Below, one piece after another: positions 11,464-20,523 of a stretch of DNA of 55,163 nucleotides. Under the pieces are notes generated by a model. The model did no database searches, was not told where the DNA came from, and saw only the letters and a program-made list of their open reading frames with translations. The position numbers and the translations under genes are program-made. The stretch is from an uncultured Halomonas sp. Its GTDB lineage: Bacteria > Pseudomonadota > Gammaproteobacteria > Xanthomonadales > Wenzhouxiangellaceae. The stretch is taken from contig CAYYZR010000002.1 in the NCBI GenBank assembly GCA_964476005.1, positions 1 through 55,163 on the forward strand. Reading direction: 5' to 3'. Positions within the stretch are counted from its first letter, which is position 1. Each line of letters begins with the position of its first letter.

Positions 11464-11637
11464 GAACCTCTGAACAACTCTGCACGGGCGCGTTTCGCCG
11501 GACAAGCCGCATCTCGCGCGGTGCGACCCTCGGCCGTAGCTATGGCGGCTGTCGCCCCGATTGTCATGACAACAGCACCACACGATCTGCGATTTTTCCG
11601 ACTGAAACGCGCTCCGCGCAGAGTCATTCAGAGGTTC
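11464..11637. mobile_element. MITE-like non-autonomous element (174 bp)
   Basis: ~33-bp terminal inverted repeats (GAACCTCTGAACAACTCTGCACGG-GCGCGTTTC vs the reverse complement of 11604-11637: 3 mismatches, 1 gap), flanked by direct repeat GCCG (11460-63 and 11638-41). Confidence 0.75.
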
Positions 11638-11669
11638 GCCGGTTCCATGGTTCGCGTGCCTGACGCGGC

Positions 11670-12218
11670 ATGAACGGGGCCGATCTGGTCATTCTGGGCA
11701 TTCTGTTGGTCTCGATCATCGTCAGTCTGGTCCGCGGATTCATCAAGGAAGTGTTTTCGATTCTGGTCTGGGCTGCAGCGATATTCGCCGCATTCCAGGT
11801 TGCAGGCCCGCTGGCCGGCGCGCTGGAGCCAATCATCGACCTGCCTTCGGCGCGGATCATCGTGGCCTTCGCCGCCGTGTTCGTTCTGGTGCTTGTCGTG
11901 GGTGGGTTGATCGGCTTTCTTGTCGGCAAGATGGTGGAGAAGACCGGGCTTTCGCCCACCGACCGGCTTTTCGGCGGACTCTTCGGACTGGCGCGCGGCC
12001 TGGTCATCGTGGTGCTGGCGGTGCTGCTTTTGCGCGTCACTCCGTTTGCCCAGGACCCATGGTGGCACGACTCCCGGTTGCTGCCGACCTTCGAAGCGCT
12101 GGCCGAGCAGGCCCGGATCTGGCTGCCGGAATCGATGCGGGGACTGCTGGATCCTGAAAATCAGCCGGTGCGACCCGCCGACAGCGGACAATCGCTTCCG
12201 ACAATATTGGAGCCCTAG
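11670..12218 (+). CDS. cvpA: CvpA family membrane protein
   Basis: RGFIKEVFS, DRLFGGLFGLARG, directly upstream of purF. Confidence 0.93.
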   Translation: MNGADLVILGILLVSIIVSLVRGFIKEVFSILVWAAAIFAAFQVAGPLAGALEPIIDLPSARIIVAFAAVFVLVLVVGGLIGFLVGKMVEKTGLSPTDRLFGGLFGLARGLVIVVLAVLLLRVTPFAQDPWWHDSRLLPTFEALAEQARIWLPESMRGLLDPENQPVRPADSGQSLPTILEP

Positions 12219-12221
12219 ACA

Positions 12222-13703
12222 ATGTGTGGTGTTGCAGGAATTTTCGGTCGTGGCCCGGTTGCGGCCCGACTTTACGACGCGCTGACGATTCTTCAGCATC
12301 GAGGACAGGATGCAGCGGGCATTACGACGCTGGATGGTCAACGAATGCGCTCGGCGCGCGGCATTGGCCTGGTTCGCGACGTGTTCGATGCAAAATCGAT
12401 GGACGGTCTCACTGGCGACATAGGCATCGGCCATGTGCGCTATCCAACTGCCGGATGCGACCGACCGGACGAAGCCCAGCCGATGTACGTCAATGCGCCC
12501 TGGGGTATCGCGCTGGGCCACAACGGCAACCTGGTCAACAGCGATTCCTTGAGCGAATCGCTGTTTCGCGAGGATCGGCGTCACATCAACACCGAGTCCG
12601 ATTCCGAAGTGCTGCTCAATGTCCTGGCCCACGAATTGTCCGAGCGCTGCAATACCTCGCTTGACGCCGACAATGTCTTCGCCGCGGTCGAGGGCGTTCA
12701 TCATCGGTGTCGGGGCGCCTACGCTGCCGTGGCACTGATTGCGGGCGTGGGCATGCTGGCCTTTCGCGATCCGCATGGCATTCGGCCCATGGTGCTGGGG
12801 CGGCGCGAAGCCGAGCAGGGCGAGGAATACATCGTGGCCTCGGAGTCGGTGGTGCTGGACATCCTGGGTTTCGAACTGATTTCCGATCTGGCGCCCGGAG
12901 AGGCGGTGCTGGTGACTCTGGATGGCGAACTGATGCGCCACGCCAGCAGGCACGCTGCCGCGCATACGCCGTGTCTGTTCGAATACGTCTATTTCGCGCG
13001 TCCGGATTCGCTGATCGACGATCTGTCGGTGTACAAGGCAAGACTCCGCATGGGCGAAAAGCTGGCCGAGCGCATTCTGGATGAGTGGCCTGATCACGAT
13101 ATCGACGTGGTGATACCCGTGCCTGATACCAGTCGTACTGCATGCCTGCCGCTGGCGCACCGACTGGGCGTCAAGTATCGCGAGGGCCTGATCAAGAACC
13201 GGTACATCGGGCGTACTTTCATCATGCCCGGCCAGGCCGAGCGTGCACGCTCGGTTCGTCGCAAGCTCAACGTTCTGGGGCTCGAATTCCGCAACAAGAA
13301 CGTGCTGCTGGTTGACGACTCCATCGTGCGCGGCACCACATCCAGACAGATCGTCGAGATGGCGCGCGAGGCCGGCGCCAGAAAGGTCTACCTGGCATCG
13401 GCGTCGCCACCGGTGCGCCATCCCAATGTCTACGGCATCGACATGCCGGCGGCAAGCGAACTGGTCGCGGCCGGCCGCAGCGTCGAGCAGGTGCGTGAAA
13501 TCATCGGCGCCGACCGGCTCATATATCAGGACCTGGACGATCTGGAACAGGCGGTGCGCGGCAAGAACACGAAACTCGCCGGCTTCGATTCGTCTTGCTT
13601 CAACGGCAAGTACGTCACCGGCCTGGACGACGGTTATCTGGAAGCCCTTCAGGCACGCCGTTCGGATTCGGCCAGGGAAACCAGGAGAGCCGGCAGCGGT
13701 TGA
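12222..13703 (+). CDS. purF: Amidophosphoribosyltransferase
   Basis: N-terminal [33 protein letters not shown]. Confidence 0.98.
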   Translation: MCGVAGIFGRGPVAARLYDALTILQHRGQDAAGITTLDGQRMRSARGIGLVRDVFDAKSMDGLTGDIGIGHVRYPTAGCDRPDEAQPMYVNAPWGIALGHNGNLVNSDSLSESLFREDRRHINTESDSEVLLNVLAHELSERCNTSLDADNVFAAVEGVHHRCRGAYAAVALIAGVGMLAFRDPHGIRPMVLGRREAEQGEEYIVASESVVLDILGFELISDLAPGEAVLVTLDGELMRHASRHAAAHTPCLFEYVYFARPDSLIDDLSVYKARLRMGEKLAERILDEWPDHDIDVVIPVPDTSRTACLPLAHRLGVKYREGLIKNRYIGRTFIMPGQAERARSVRRKLNVLGLEFRNKNVLLVDDSIVRGTTSRQIVEMAREAGARKVYLASASPPVRHPNVYGIDMPAASELVAAGRSVEQVREIIGADRLIYQDLDDLEQAVRGKNTKLAGFDSSCFNGKYVTGLDDGYLEALQARRSDSARETRRAGSG

Positions 13704-13760
13704 TGCCAGATTCCCCAGGGTTTCACCCGTTGTTCATGGGCGGCCGATCAATATCGCGGC

Positions 13761-15179
13761 ATGAATGAAGCAGCCATCGTGTGGTTTCGGCGTGATTTCC
13801 GGTTGGCCGACAATCCGGCGCTGGATCGCGCGAGACAGGACTTCGAACGAATCATCCCGGTCTACATCCACGACCCGGAAGCTGAAGCCCCGTGGGCACC
13901 CGGCGCGGCCAGCCGCTGGTGGCTGCACCATGCCCTGGCCGAGTTGCGCCAGCGCCTTTCCGAGCGTGGCGCCCGCCTGATCATCCGCCACGGCGATGCG
14001 CGCGCCGAACTGGATCGGTTGCTGGCCGAGACCGGCGCGGGGGCGGTGTACTGGAACCGCTTGTACGAACCGGCGATCGTTGCCCGCGACCGCGAGATCA
14101 AGGCCCACCTGAAATCCGGATCGATCACCGCGCGCAGTTTTCGCGCCGCCATGCTTTTCGAGCCCTGGGAACTGCTCAAGGACGACCAGTGTCCCTACCA
14201 GGTATTCACGCCGTTCTGGCGGCGGATGCAGCGAGATTGGCGGGCGGTCCAGCCGTGTCCGGAGCCGCGCTCGCTGGACGACGGCAGTGGCGACGTCCAG
14301 AGCCTTGACCTCGACCAGCTGGCACTGTTGCCCGACCGCCCTTGGGGCGATCGCCTTGGCGATTACTGGACGCCCGGTGAACTGGCCGCCCGGCGTCGAC
14401 TGAAGGCGTTTGCCGACGGGCCGGTAGAGCATTACGACGATGCGCGCGATCTGCCGGATCGCGACGCCACTTCCGGCCTCTCCCCGTACCTTCATTTCGG
14501 TCATGTTTCGCCGGTCCAGGTCGTGCATGAACTCGAACCGTCGGGCGAATTGCCAGGCGGCAAGGGCGCGCTTTCGATGGTGCGCGAACTGGCCTGGCGA
14601 GAGTTCTCCGCCATGTTGCTTCATCACATCCCGCGTCTGTCCGAGCGTCCCATGCAGACACGTTTCGATGATTTCCCCTGGCGCGCCGAAAATGACTATG
14701 CCGACGATCTGAAGGCCTGGGAGCAGGGTCGCACCGGCGTACCTCTTGTCGATGCCGGTATGCGCGAGTTATGGCATACGGGCTGGATGCACAATCGGGT
14801 GCGCATGGTGGTGGCGTCGTATCTGACCAAGAACCTGCTGATTCCCTGGCAGGAAGGTGCGCGCTGGTTCTGGGACACGCTGGTCGATGCCGATCTGGCC
14901 AACAACACGCAGGGCTGGCAATGGACGGCAGGATGCGGCGCCGATGCGGCGCCGTATTTTCGCGTATTCAATCCGGAACTTCAGGCCGCAAAATTCGATC
15001 CCGAGGCGGCCTACATACGGCGTTGGTGTCCCGAGCTTGAAGGGCTGGATGCCAAGGGGCTTGCCCGACTGGATGAGAGCGAGCGTCGGCGAAGGAGTTA
15101 TCCGGCAATGCGCGTCAACCTCAAGCAGAGTCGACGGCGCGCACTGGCTGCTTTCGACGCGATCAAGAACGGTGACTGA
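13761..15179 (+). CDS. phrB: Class I CPD DNA photolyase
   Basis: WFRRDFRLADNPAL, TSGLSPYLHFG, GWMHNRVRM, WQWTAGCG, YFRVFNP. Confidence 0.93.
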   Translation: MNEAAIVWFRRDFRLADNPALDRARQDFERIIPVYIHDPEAEAPWAPGAASRWWLHHALAELRQRLSERGARLIIRHGDARAELDRLLAETGAGAVYWNRLYEPAIVARDREIKAHLKSGSITARSFRAAMLFEPWELLKDDQCPYQVFTPFWRRMQRDWRAVQPCPEPRSLDDGSGDVQSLDLDQLALLPDRPWGDRLGDYWTPGELAARRRLKAFADGPVEHYDDARDLPDRDATSGLSPYLHFGHVSPVQVVHELEPSGELPGGKGALSMVRELAWREFSAMLLHHIPRLSERPMQTRFDDFPWRAENDYADDLKAWEQGRTGVPLVDAGMRELWHTGWMHNRVRMVVASYLTKNLLIPWQEGARWFWDTLVDADLANNTQGWQWTAGCGADAAPYFRVFNPELQAAKFDPEAAYIRRWCPELEGLDAKGLARLDESERRRRSYPAMRVNLKQSRRRALAAFDAIKNGD

Positions 15180-15222
15180 GGCGCTCGGCTGAGCGCCCAA
15201 TCGACTCGGCTGATCACGCTGC

Positions 15223-16224
15223 TTATTTCGCCAGGCGAGGGTCGAAGGTCTTGCGGTAGCGCCAGTGCCAGGGCTCCCATTCGATGCCGTGTCTGTTCTG
15301 GTTGGGGAACGACTCGCGGAAGCCGTACAGGCGTGCCTGTGATTTCAGCCATTCGTAGGCGCGCGACATCGAGAACTCCTGCGTCAGAGGGGTGATTCCG
15401 GGGGCCGTGAGGTCGAGCGCGTCGGCACTGTGATGTTCGCTGTAACCGGGTGCAGCGGTGACCCGCAGTATCCGATCGATGCTCTGGTTCGACGCCAGCT
15501 TCTTGCGTATAAGTTCTGCCTGATAGTTCATGCTGCGATAGCCCGAGACCAGCTGGAGTTCGATGTCGTGTCGGCGCGCATCGCCTTTCATCGCCTTCCA
15601 GGCATCGGCAGCCTCGGGCGAAAGTTCCGTGTCTCGATTGAAGATGTCAAGCCCTACCGAAACACGCTTGACGGCGTCCCGAACAGTCTGCAGCCTGTGC
15701 TTGACGCCGTAATTGGCCGCAATGCCGAGTTCGCGGTGGAGTCGGGCGATCTGCTGCTCCCAGTCACTGGCCTCGTCGAACAGCCGCTTGGACAGATCGA
15801 CGGGCTGGTTGTCGTCGGGCAGACCGGTTGCCTGATAGCCCATCCGTTCCATGAAAGCCCAGGCTTGGGGTTTGACGGTGCAGTTCAGGCGCTGAATGCC
15901 ATAAGTGCGGGCCGTGTCCTCGATGCTGGCGATCAATCGGCGCGCGGTATCGGCGCGCGCCTGTTTGGGATCGAGGTACATCGCCAGAAGCCGGGAGTGG
16001 TCGAGATCCAGTGCTGCCATACCGGCAAGCTTTCTGTTGTCGATTGCCAGCAGAAGGGCTTCGTCCGGAAGCAACGCGGCAAGACGTTTGCGGACGTTGT
16101 CGTGCTGCGTCGCCGGATTTGGCTTCATCAGGTCGGGTAGACGTCCGCGAACCAACTCGGCAAGTTTGGGTAGTTCGGCGGCGCGGGCAGGGCGGATGCG
16201 CACCTGGTCCTGATTAGATTCCAT
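15223..16224 (-). CDS. GNAT N-terminal domain fused to an M15B (VanY-like) D-Ala-D-Ala carboxypeptidase
   Basis: N-terminal IRPA...A..FMERMGY GNAT pattern; C-terminal SGYRS, PGYSEHH...ALD, EPWHWRY; likely start ATG 16224. Confidence 0.8.
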   Translation of the reverse strand: MESNQDQVRIRPARAAELPKLAELVRGRLPDLMKPNPATQHDNVRKRLAALLPDEALLLAIDNRKLAGMAALDLDHSRLLAMYLDPKQARADTARRLIASIEDTARTYGIQRLNCTVKPQAWAFMERMGYQATGLPDDNQPVDLSKRLFDEASDWEQQIARLHRELGIAANYGVKHRLQTVRDAVKRVSVGLDIFNRDTELSPEAADAWKAMKGDARRHDIELQLVSGYRSMNYQAELIRKKLASNQSIDRILRVTAAPGYSEHHSADALDLTAPGITPLTQEFSMSRAYEWLKSQARLYGFRESFPNQNRHGIEWEPWHWRYRKTFDPRLAK

Positions 16225-16236
16225 GACAAAACCCCG

Positions 16237-16245
16237 TGCTATATT
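16237..16245 (+). promoter_or_regulatory. Extended -10 (TGcTATATT) 7 nt before ATG 16253, possible leaderless promoter
   Basis: Sequence match and spacing; no SD sequence in between. Confidence 0.45.
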
Positions 16246-16252
16246 CCGATCG

Positions 16253-16750
16253 ATGAAGACTCCCCCCAGTCTTGGAAATTTATTCAACTCGGCATTAGTA
16301 TCGCTTACCTTGATTGCGTTTGCAGCACTGATGCTGGTCGTTCCCCTCTATCGTATTGCCGCCGCGTACTGGCCGGAGCCTATCGTGGAGCAGGTCTATC
16401 CGGACGGTCACGTGAGTCTGCGCGAGTCGCTGCCGATGATCGGTGACGATGGTGCGGTGCGAAGCCGTCCGCTCAACGCCGCACGCATCGAGTTCAAGAG
16501 TGGAAGCTACCTGCTGGGCTACGTGGTCACGATTCGGACTGCCGAGGGTGAGTTGGGCGGCCCGCCAACCGGCATGGTCTGGCGTCCCGGCGACCGGGAC
16601 TGCGAATTGGCGCTCAAGGCACCCGGGCGGGATGTCGAATGGGTGCCGTGCGATCGTGTGCAGGCGATCTCGCGTCCCAATCGCATGCACCTGCTTGCGC
16701 GCGCACGATTCGCGTTTTCCCGTGCGCTTCCCTACGTGTCCGCTCCTTGA
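16253..16750 (+). CDS. Hypothetical membrane protein resembling the N-terminal extension of long-form PstA
   Basis: Single TM followed by YWP..IVE and ending in RPNRM; resembles the ...FWP.... / ...PNAM... segments of long gammaproteobacterial PstA (by recall). Confidence 0.55.
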   Translation: MKTPPSLGNLFNSALVSLTLIAFAALMLVVPLYRIAAAYWPEPIVEQVYPDGHVSLRESLPMIGDDGAVRSRPLNAARIEFKSGSYLLGYVVTIRTAEGELGGPPTGMVWRPGDRDCELALKAPGRDVEWVPCDRVQAISRPNRMHLLARARFAFSRALPYVSAP

Positions 16751-16803
16751 AGCAGGTTTGCAAGCCACTTCGGGCCGGCAGCTTGTCCGAAACCATGCGC
16801 ATC

Positions 16804-17853
16804 TCAGAACTTCCATTCGGCGACCAGAATTCCGAAATTGTTGCTGGGATCCTCCAGATTGGGCCCACGCTCGGTGTTCACCGAATCGGTCGCCAGGTTT
16901 ACCGTGAAATGCAATCCCCAGCGCGGCCGCTCGTAGTGCAGGCCGAGGATGACCTGGCCGAGCAGATTTTCCGGATCGATCCGCTCATTTTCGGTCCAGT
17001 CGTTGCCGTCGCGCAGAAGATTTCCATGGCGGGGCAGGGCGAACAGCAGGCCGGTGGCGCGAACGATGGCGCTGGCGTATAAATAACTTTTACCGCGGGC
17101 CTGGATGCGGGCGTCGTAGTCGAGGTTGCGGCCGGTCGGCGTCGGGGCCGGCGCAAACCCGCCCGGTCGGTGGCCGATGCGGAACTCCAGGGCGGCCTGG
17201 CCGAAGGTGAAGAAATTGCCCAGCGCGGCGTCGATGTTCCAGGCCGCGTCCATCCAGTCGTTTTCCAGGAATTTGCGCTTGCGCATGACATAGAAATTCA
17301 CCAACGGCTCGTTGTCGAGCTGGTTGCGCCAGCCCTCGGGACTATTGGCGCCGGTCAGCGCGTGTGCGGCCTGTTGGGCGTGCTTGGCCTGAGTCAGGTC
17401 GCCCACCCAGCCCAGCAGGGTCTGGAAGCCGGTCAGTTCTTCATTATTGAAAGCGACATGCGAATTGGCCCAGCCCAGCATGCCGACGTAGGGCACGTCG
17501 GTGACGATCAGGTCGCGTTGTGCGATGTCGTCGGGGGTCTGCATGTTCTGGGCGATTGTCCAGGTTTCTCGGTAGTGCAGACCTTCCCGATCGGGCAGCA
17601 CGAGCGCTGCCAGGCCCTTGCCGAAGGCCGGGGTTCCTCCGGTTTCGGTCAGCGAATCGGCAAGTTCCGAGTTCTTCTGCAGGAATATCCCGTTGGTGAA
17701 CTGGTTGTCCGAGCCAACAAACTCGTCGTTGGCCCAACCGGCCCGCCACAGCGGTTCGGCGCATGCGGATTCGGACATGGCCAGCGTCAGACAGGCGACA
17801 AGAGCGATCGCGGCCGGGCAGACTGGTCGAACGCTCGGGTGCATCATGAACAT
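16804..17853 (-). CDS. LpxR/DUF2219-family outer membrane beta-barrel (lipid A 3-O-deacylase-like)
   Basis: Signal peptide, ND...D..FTNG, Q.MQTP.DI, D.PY.G, GW.NQL.NE, C-terminal aromatic WKF. Confidence 0.8.
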   Translation of the reverse strand: MFMMHPSVRPVCPAAIALVACLTLAMSESACAEPLWRAGWANDEFVGSDNQFTNGIFLQKNSELADSLTETGGTPAFGKGLAALVLPDREGLHYRETWTIAQNMQTPDDIAQRDLIVTDVPYVGMLGWANSHVAFNNEELTGFQTLLGWVGDLTQAKHAQQAAHALTGANSPEGWRNQLDNEPLVNFYVMRKRKFLENDWMDAAWNIDAALGNFFTFGQAALEFRIGHRPGGFAPAPTPTGRNLDYDARIQARGKSYLYASAIVRATGLLFALPRHGNLLRDGNDWTENERIDPENLLGQVILGLHYERPRWGLHFTVNLATDSVNTERGPNLEDPSNNFGILVAEWKF

Positions 17854-18031
17854 GTTCAGAATCTCCCCTGATTTCCCGGAAGTCTTATCCTAGACCAACT
17901 GCAGCGTTCATGGAACGTTCGTTACGGGATAATTCAGACGCGCCCGGCCGGTTGTCTCCGGTGCAGGATTGGCGCGCAGTCACTTGCTGAAACGCATTCA
18001 ATGCGCGTTGGCCCGGAATTTTCCGGTTTCC

Positions 18032-18928
18032 TCAAAACACCTGGGTCCGGCCGATATCGTCGACTGCGAGTGCAACCATCATCAGCCGGTCCACGCCCAG
18101 CGCGACCCCGGAACAATCCGGCAGGCCGCGTTCCATTGCCTCGATCAGGGCCCGATCGATCGGCATCGTTTTACGGCCCATGGTGCTTCTTCGGAGATTG
18201 TCCCGGTCGAAACGCCGCTGCTGTTCGGCCGGGTCGGTCAGCTCCCGGTAGCCGTTGGCCAGCTCCAGCGCGCCGGCAAATATCTCGAATCTCTCGGCCC
18301 ACTGGGGCTGGCCTGGCTTGAGTCTCGCCAGCGCCGCCTGGCAGGCAGGGAAGTCGTGCACAACGGTGAGTCGATCGCTGGGCAAGGCCGGCTGGAGGCG
18401 CGTGGCAAACAGCCAGTCCAGGATTTCCGGCCGCGCAAGTCCCCGCGGCGCATCCGGTGCCGCGTCTCGCAGTTCTGTTTCGGTCGCCGTGTCGAGGTCG
18501 ATGCCGGTTTCGCGAAGGAGCAGCTCGCGCCAGGTCACGAATTCGCGGGTCCAGCGATGCCTTGGCATGACGTGGCCGATGAGTTCCAGAACTTCCGTCG
18601 CCAGTGCCCGCCATTCCCAATCAACCCGGTACCACTCCAGCAGCGTGAATTCCTCCCGATGCTGGCGGCCATGTTCGGCGGCGCGGAACACCGGCCCAAG
18701 TTCGAAGAGGTCTCCGGAGCCTGCGGCAAGCAGGCGCTTGTGCGCGTATTCCGGCGAGGTCCGCAGGAAACGGCCATCGGCAAGCGCCAGGCTTTCGATA
18801 TGCAGGTCGGTGACGCCCGAGTCGGTAATGACAGGGGTGTGGACCTCCAGCACCCCGCGAGCCACGAAAAAACCACGAATCCTGCCGATGATCCCGGCGC
18901 GTGCGCGCAGGCGCTCTGCGGTCAGCAT
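18032..18928 (-). CDS. epmA: EF-P lysine aminoacylase EpmA (GenX/PoxA)
   Basis: LRTSPEYAHKRLLAAG, EFTLLEWYR, ELANGYRELTD, GVALGVDRL; no anticodon domain. Confidence 0.94.
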   Translation of the reverse strand: MLTAERLRARAGIIGRIRGFFVARGVLEVHTPVITDSGVTDLHIESLALADGRFLRTSPEYAHKRLLAAGSGDLFELGPVFRAAEHGRQHREEFTLLEWYRVDWEWRALATEVLELIGHVMPRHRWTREFVTWRELLLRETGIDLDTATETELRDAAPDAPRGLARPEILDWLFATRLQPALPSDRLTVVHDFPACQAALARLKPGQPQWAERFEIFAGALELANGYRELTDPAEQQRRFDRDNLRRSTMGRKTMPIDRALIEAMERGLPDCSGVALGVDRLMMVALAVDDIGRTQVF

Positions 18929-18944
18929 GGGGAATGCGGGTACA

Positions 18945-20465
18945 TCATCGTACCGGATGCGGTCTGGACAGCCTTGCCACGACGAGTTTCAGGCCCAGAC
19001 GGGCGAACTGGCGTCGCTCGAGTTCCAGGCTGCGTGCTGAAAGCGGGTGCGACTGCAGCCAGCCTTCGGGCAACGACAGCACAAACCCGCTTCCGGGCCC
19101 GACGCTCAAGGCGAAATCCGGAAGGTCGGCGTCGCTCCGCGAACGGGCCAGCGCGACGGCAAGACGAAGAATGCAAAGGATCGGCCGAGCACTGCCGTGC
19201 AGGCGCGCCGGAAGCGTTTCCAGGGCGTCGTCGGGCAGCTTGCGCCGCTGGTGGCGCAGCATGCAGGCCATGAATTGCTGTTCCTGGCGGGTAAACCCGG
19301 CCATGTCGGAGTGTTCCACGATATATGCGCTGTGAATCTGGTAATGGCTGTGCGCTATCCCGAGGCCGATTTCGTGCAACTGACAGCTCCAGTCCAGTAG
19401 TTCCCGGTGGATTCGCCGCAGATCGAAGGCCTCGGCAACCTGCTCGAACGCGCACAGGGCAAAATCGCGCACGCGCTCGGCCTGTAAGCGATCGGCCTGG
19501 AAGCGTTCGGCCATGCCACGGACCGTCTTTTCGCGCGGATCACGATGTTCCAGGCGCCCGACAAGATCATGCAGCAAACCTTCGCGCAAGGCAAACGGGC
19601 TGACCTCCAGGGTCTTGATGCCGAAGGTACGCATGCAAGCCTGCAGGACCAGCACGCCGCCGGCGATGACGGGTTGGCGTGAACTCGACAGACCGGGCAA
19701 ATCGACTTTCTCGACATGGCCGAAGTCGACCATCCGCGAGGCAAGTGCGTCGACCTGTTCGGATCGAAGGGCTGCCGGCGCCGGATTCCGGCCACCGGCG
19801 ATGATGGACTGGACGGCACGGATCGTTCCGGATGACCCAATGGCGTGCTCCCATCCGGTTCGCGCAAGCTGTGGCGCGATGGCCTGCAGTTCGGTTTCGA
19901 TTTCGGCCGCAGCACGCTTCCATCGCTGGAGACTGATTCGGCCCTTGCCGAAGGCCTTGCGCGTCACGCCGACGCAGCCGAACTGGATGCTTTCGGTGAA
20001 TTCGGGATCGCGCTCGAGCCCGGCTGCGATTTCCGTTGAGCCGCCGCCGATGTCGATGACCATTCTCGATCGTTCGCCGAATGCGGTACCTTCCGTGACG
20101 CCGAGCCAGACCACACGCGCCTCTTCACGTCCGCTGATGATATCGATGGGGCAGCCCAGCGCGGTTTCGGCGACGACCAGAAAGTGTTGCGGATTGAGCA
20201 AGCGGCGAAACGTCTGGGTACCCACCGCCCGCACCTGGGGCCCGGGAATGTCGGCCAGTCTCTGTCCGAAGCGTGCCAGGCACTCCAGAGCGCGCGAGCG
20301 CGTCTCCGGAGCCAGACGCCCGCTGGCGTCGAGACCGCCGGCGATTCGCACCATTTCGCGGATTCTGTCGATGACGCGAAGTTCGCCGTTCTCGCGGCGT
20401 GCCACCAGCATGTGGAAACTGTTGCTCCCGAGATCCACGGCGGCGTAAAGGTTGCGGTGCGGCAT
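18945..20465 (-). CDS. ppx: Exopolyphosphatase Ppx/GppA
   Basis: DLGSNSFHM, GREEAR, DIGGGSTE, ALREG, LHEIG. Confidence 0.94.
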   Translation of the reverse strand: MPHRNLYAAVDLGSNSFHMLVARRENGELRVIDRIREMVRIAGGLDASGRLAPETRSRALECLARFGQRLADIPGPQVRAVGTQTFRRLLNPQHFLVVAETALGCPIDIISGREEARVVWLGVTEGTAFGERSRMVIDIGGGSTEIAAGLERDPEFTESIQFGCVGVTRKAFGKGRISLQRWKRAAAEIETELQAIAPQLARTGWEHAIGSSGTIRAVQSIIAGGRNPAPAALRSEQVDALASRMVDFGHVEKVDLPGLSSSRQPVIAGGVLVLQACMRTFGIKTLEVSPFALREGLLHDLVGRLEHRDPREKTVRGMAERFQADRLQAERVRDFALCAFEQVAEAFDLRRIHRELLDWSCQLHEIGLGIAHSHYQIHSAYIVEHSDMAGFTRQEQQFMACMLRHQRRKLPDDALETLPARLHGSARPILCILRLAVALARSRSDADLPDFALSVGPGSGFVLSLPEGWLQSHPLSARSLELERRQFARLGLKLVVARLSRPHPVR

Positions 20466-20523
20466 TCAGATATCGCGTGAATGGTTCAGGCGGCGATGAT
20501 ACCCGTTGCCGCCGGTGACGGTC

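Noticed and set aside
11455-11673. 72-aa ORF bridging dedD and cvpA with overlaps at both ends
   Set aside because: Coincides with the inverted-repeat element and has no protein-like features; translation cannot be fully excluded.
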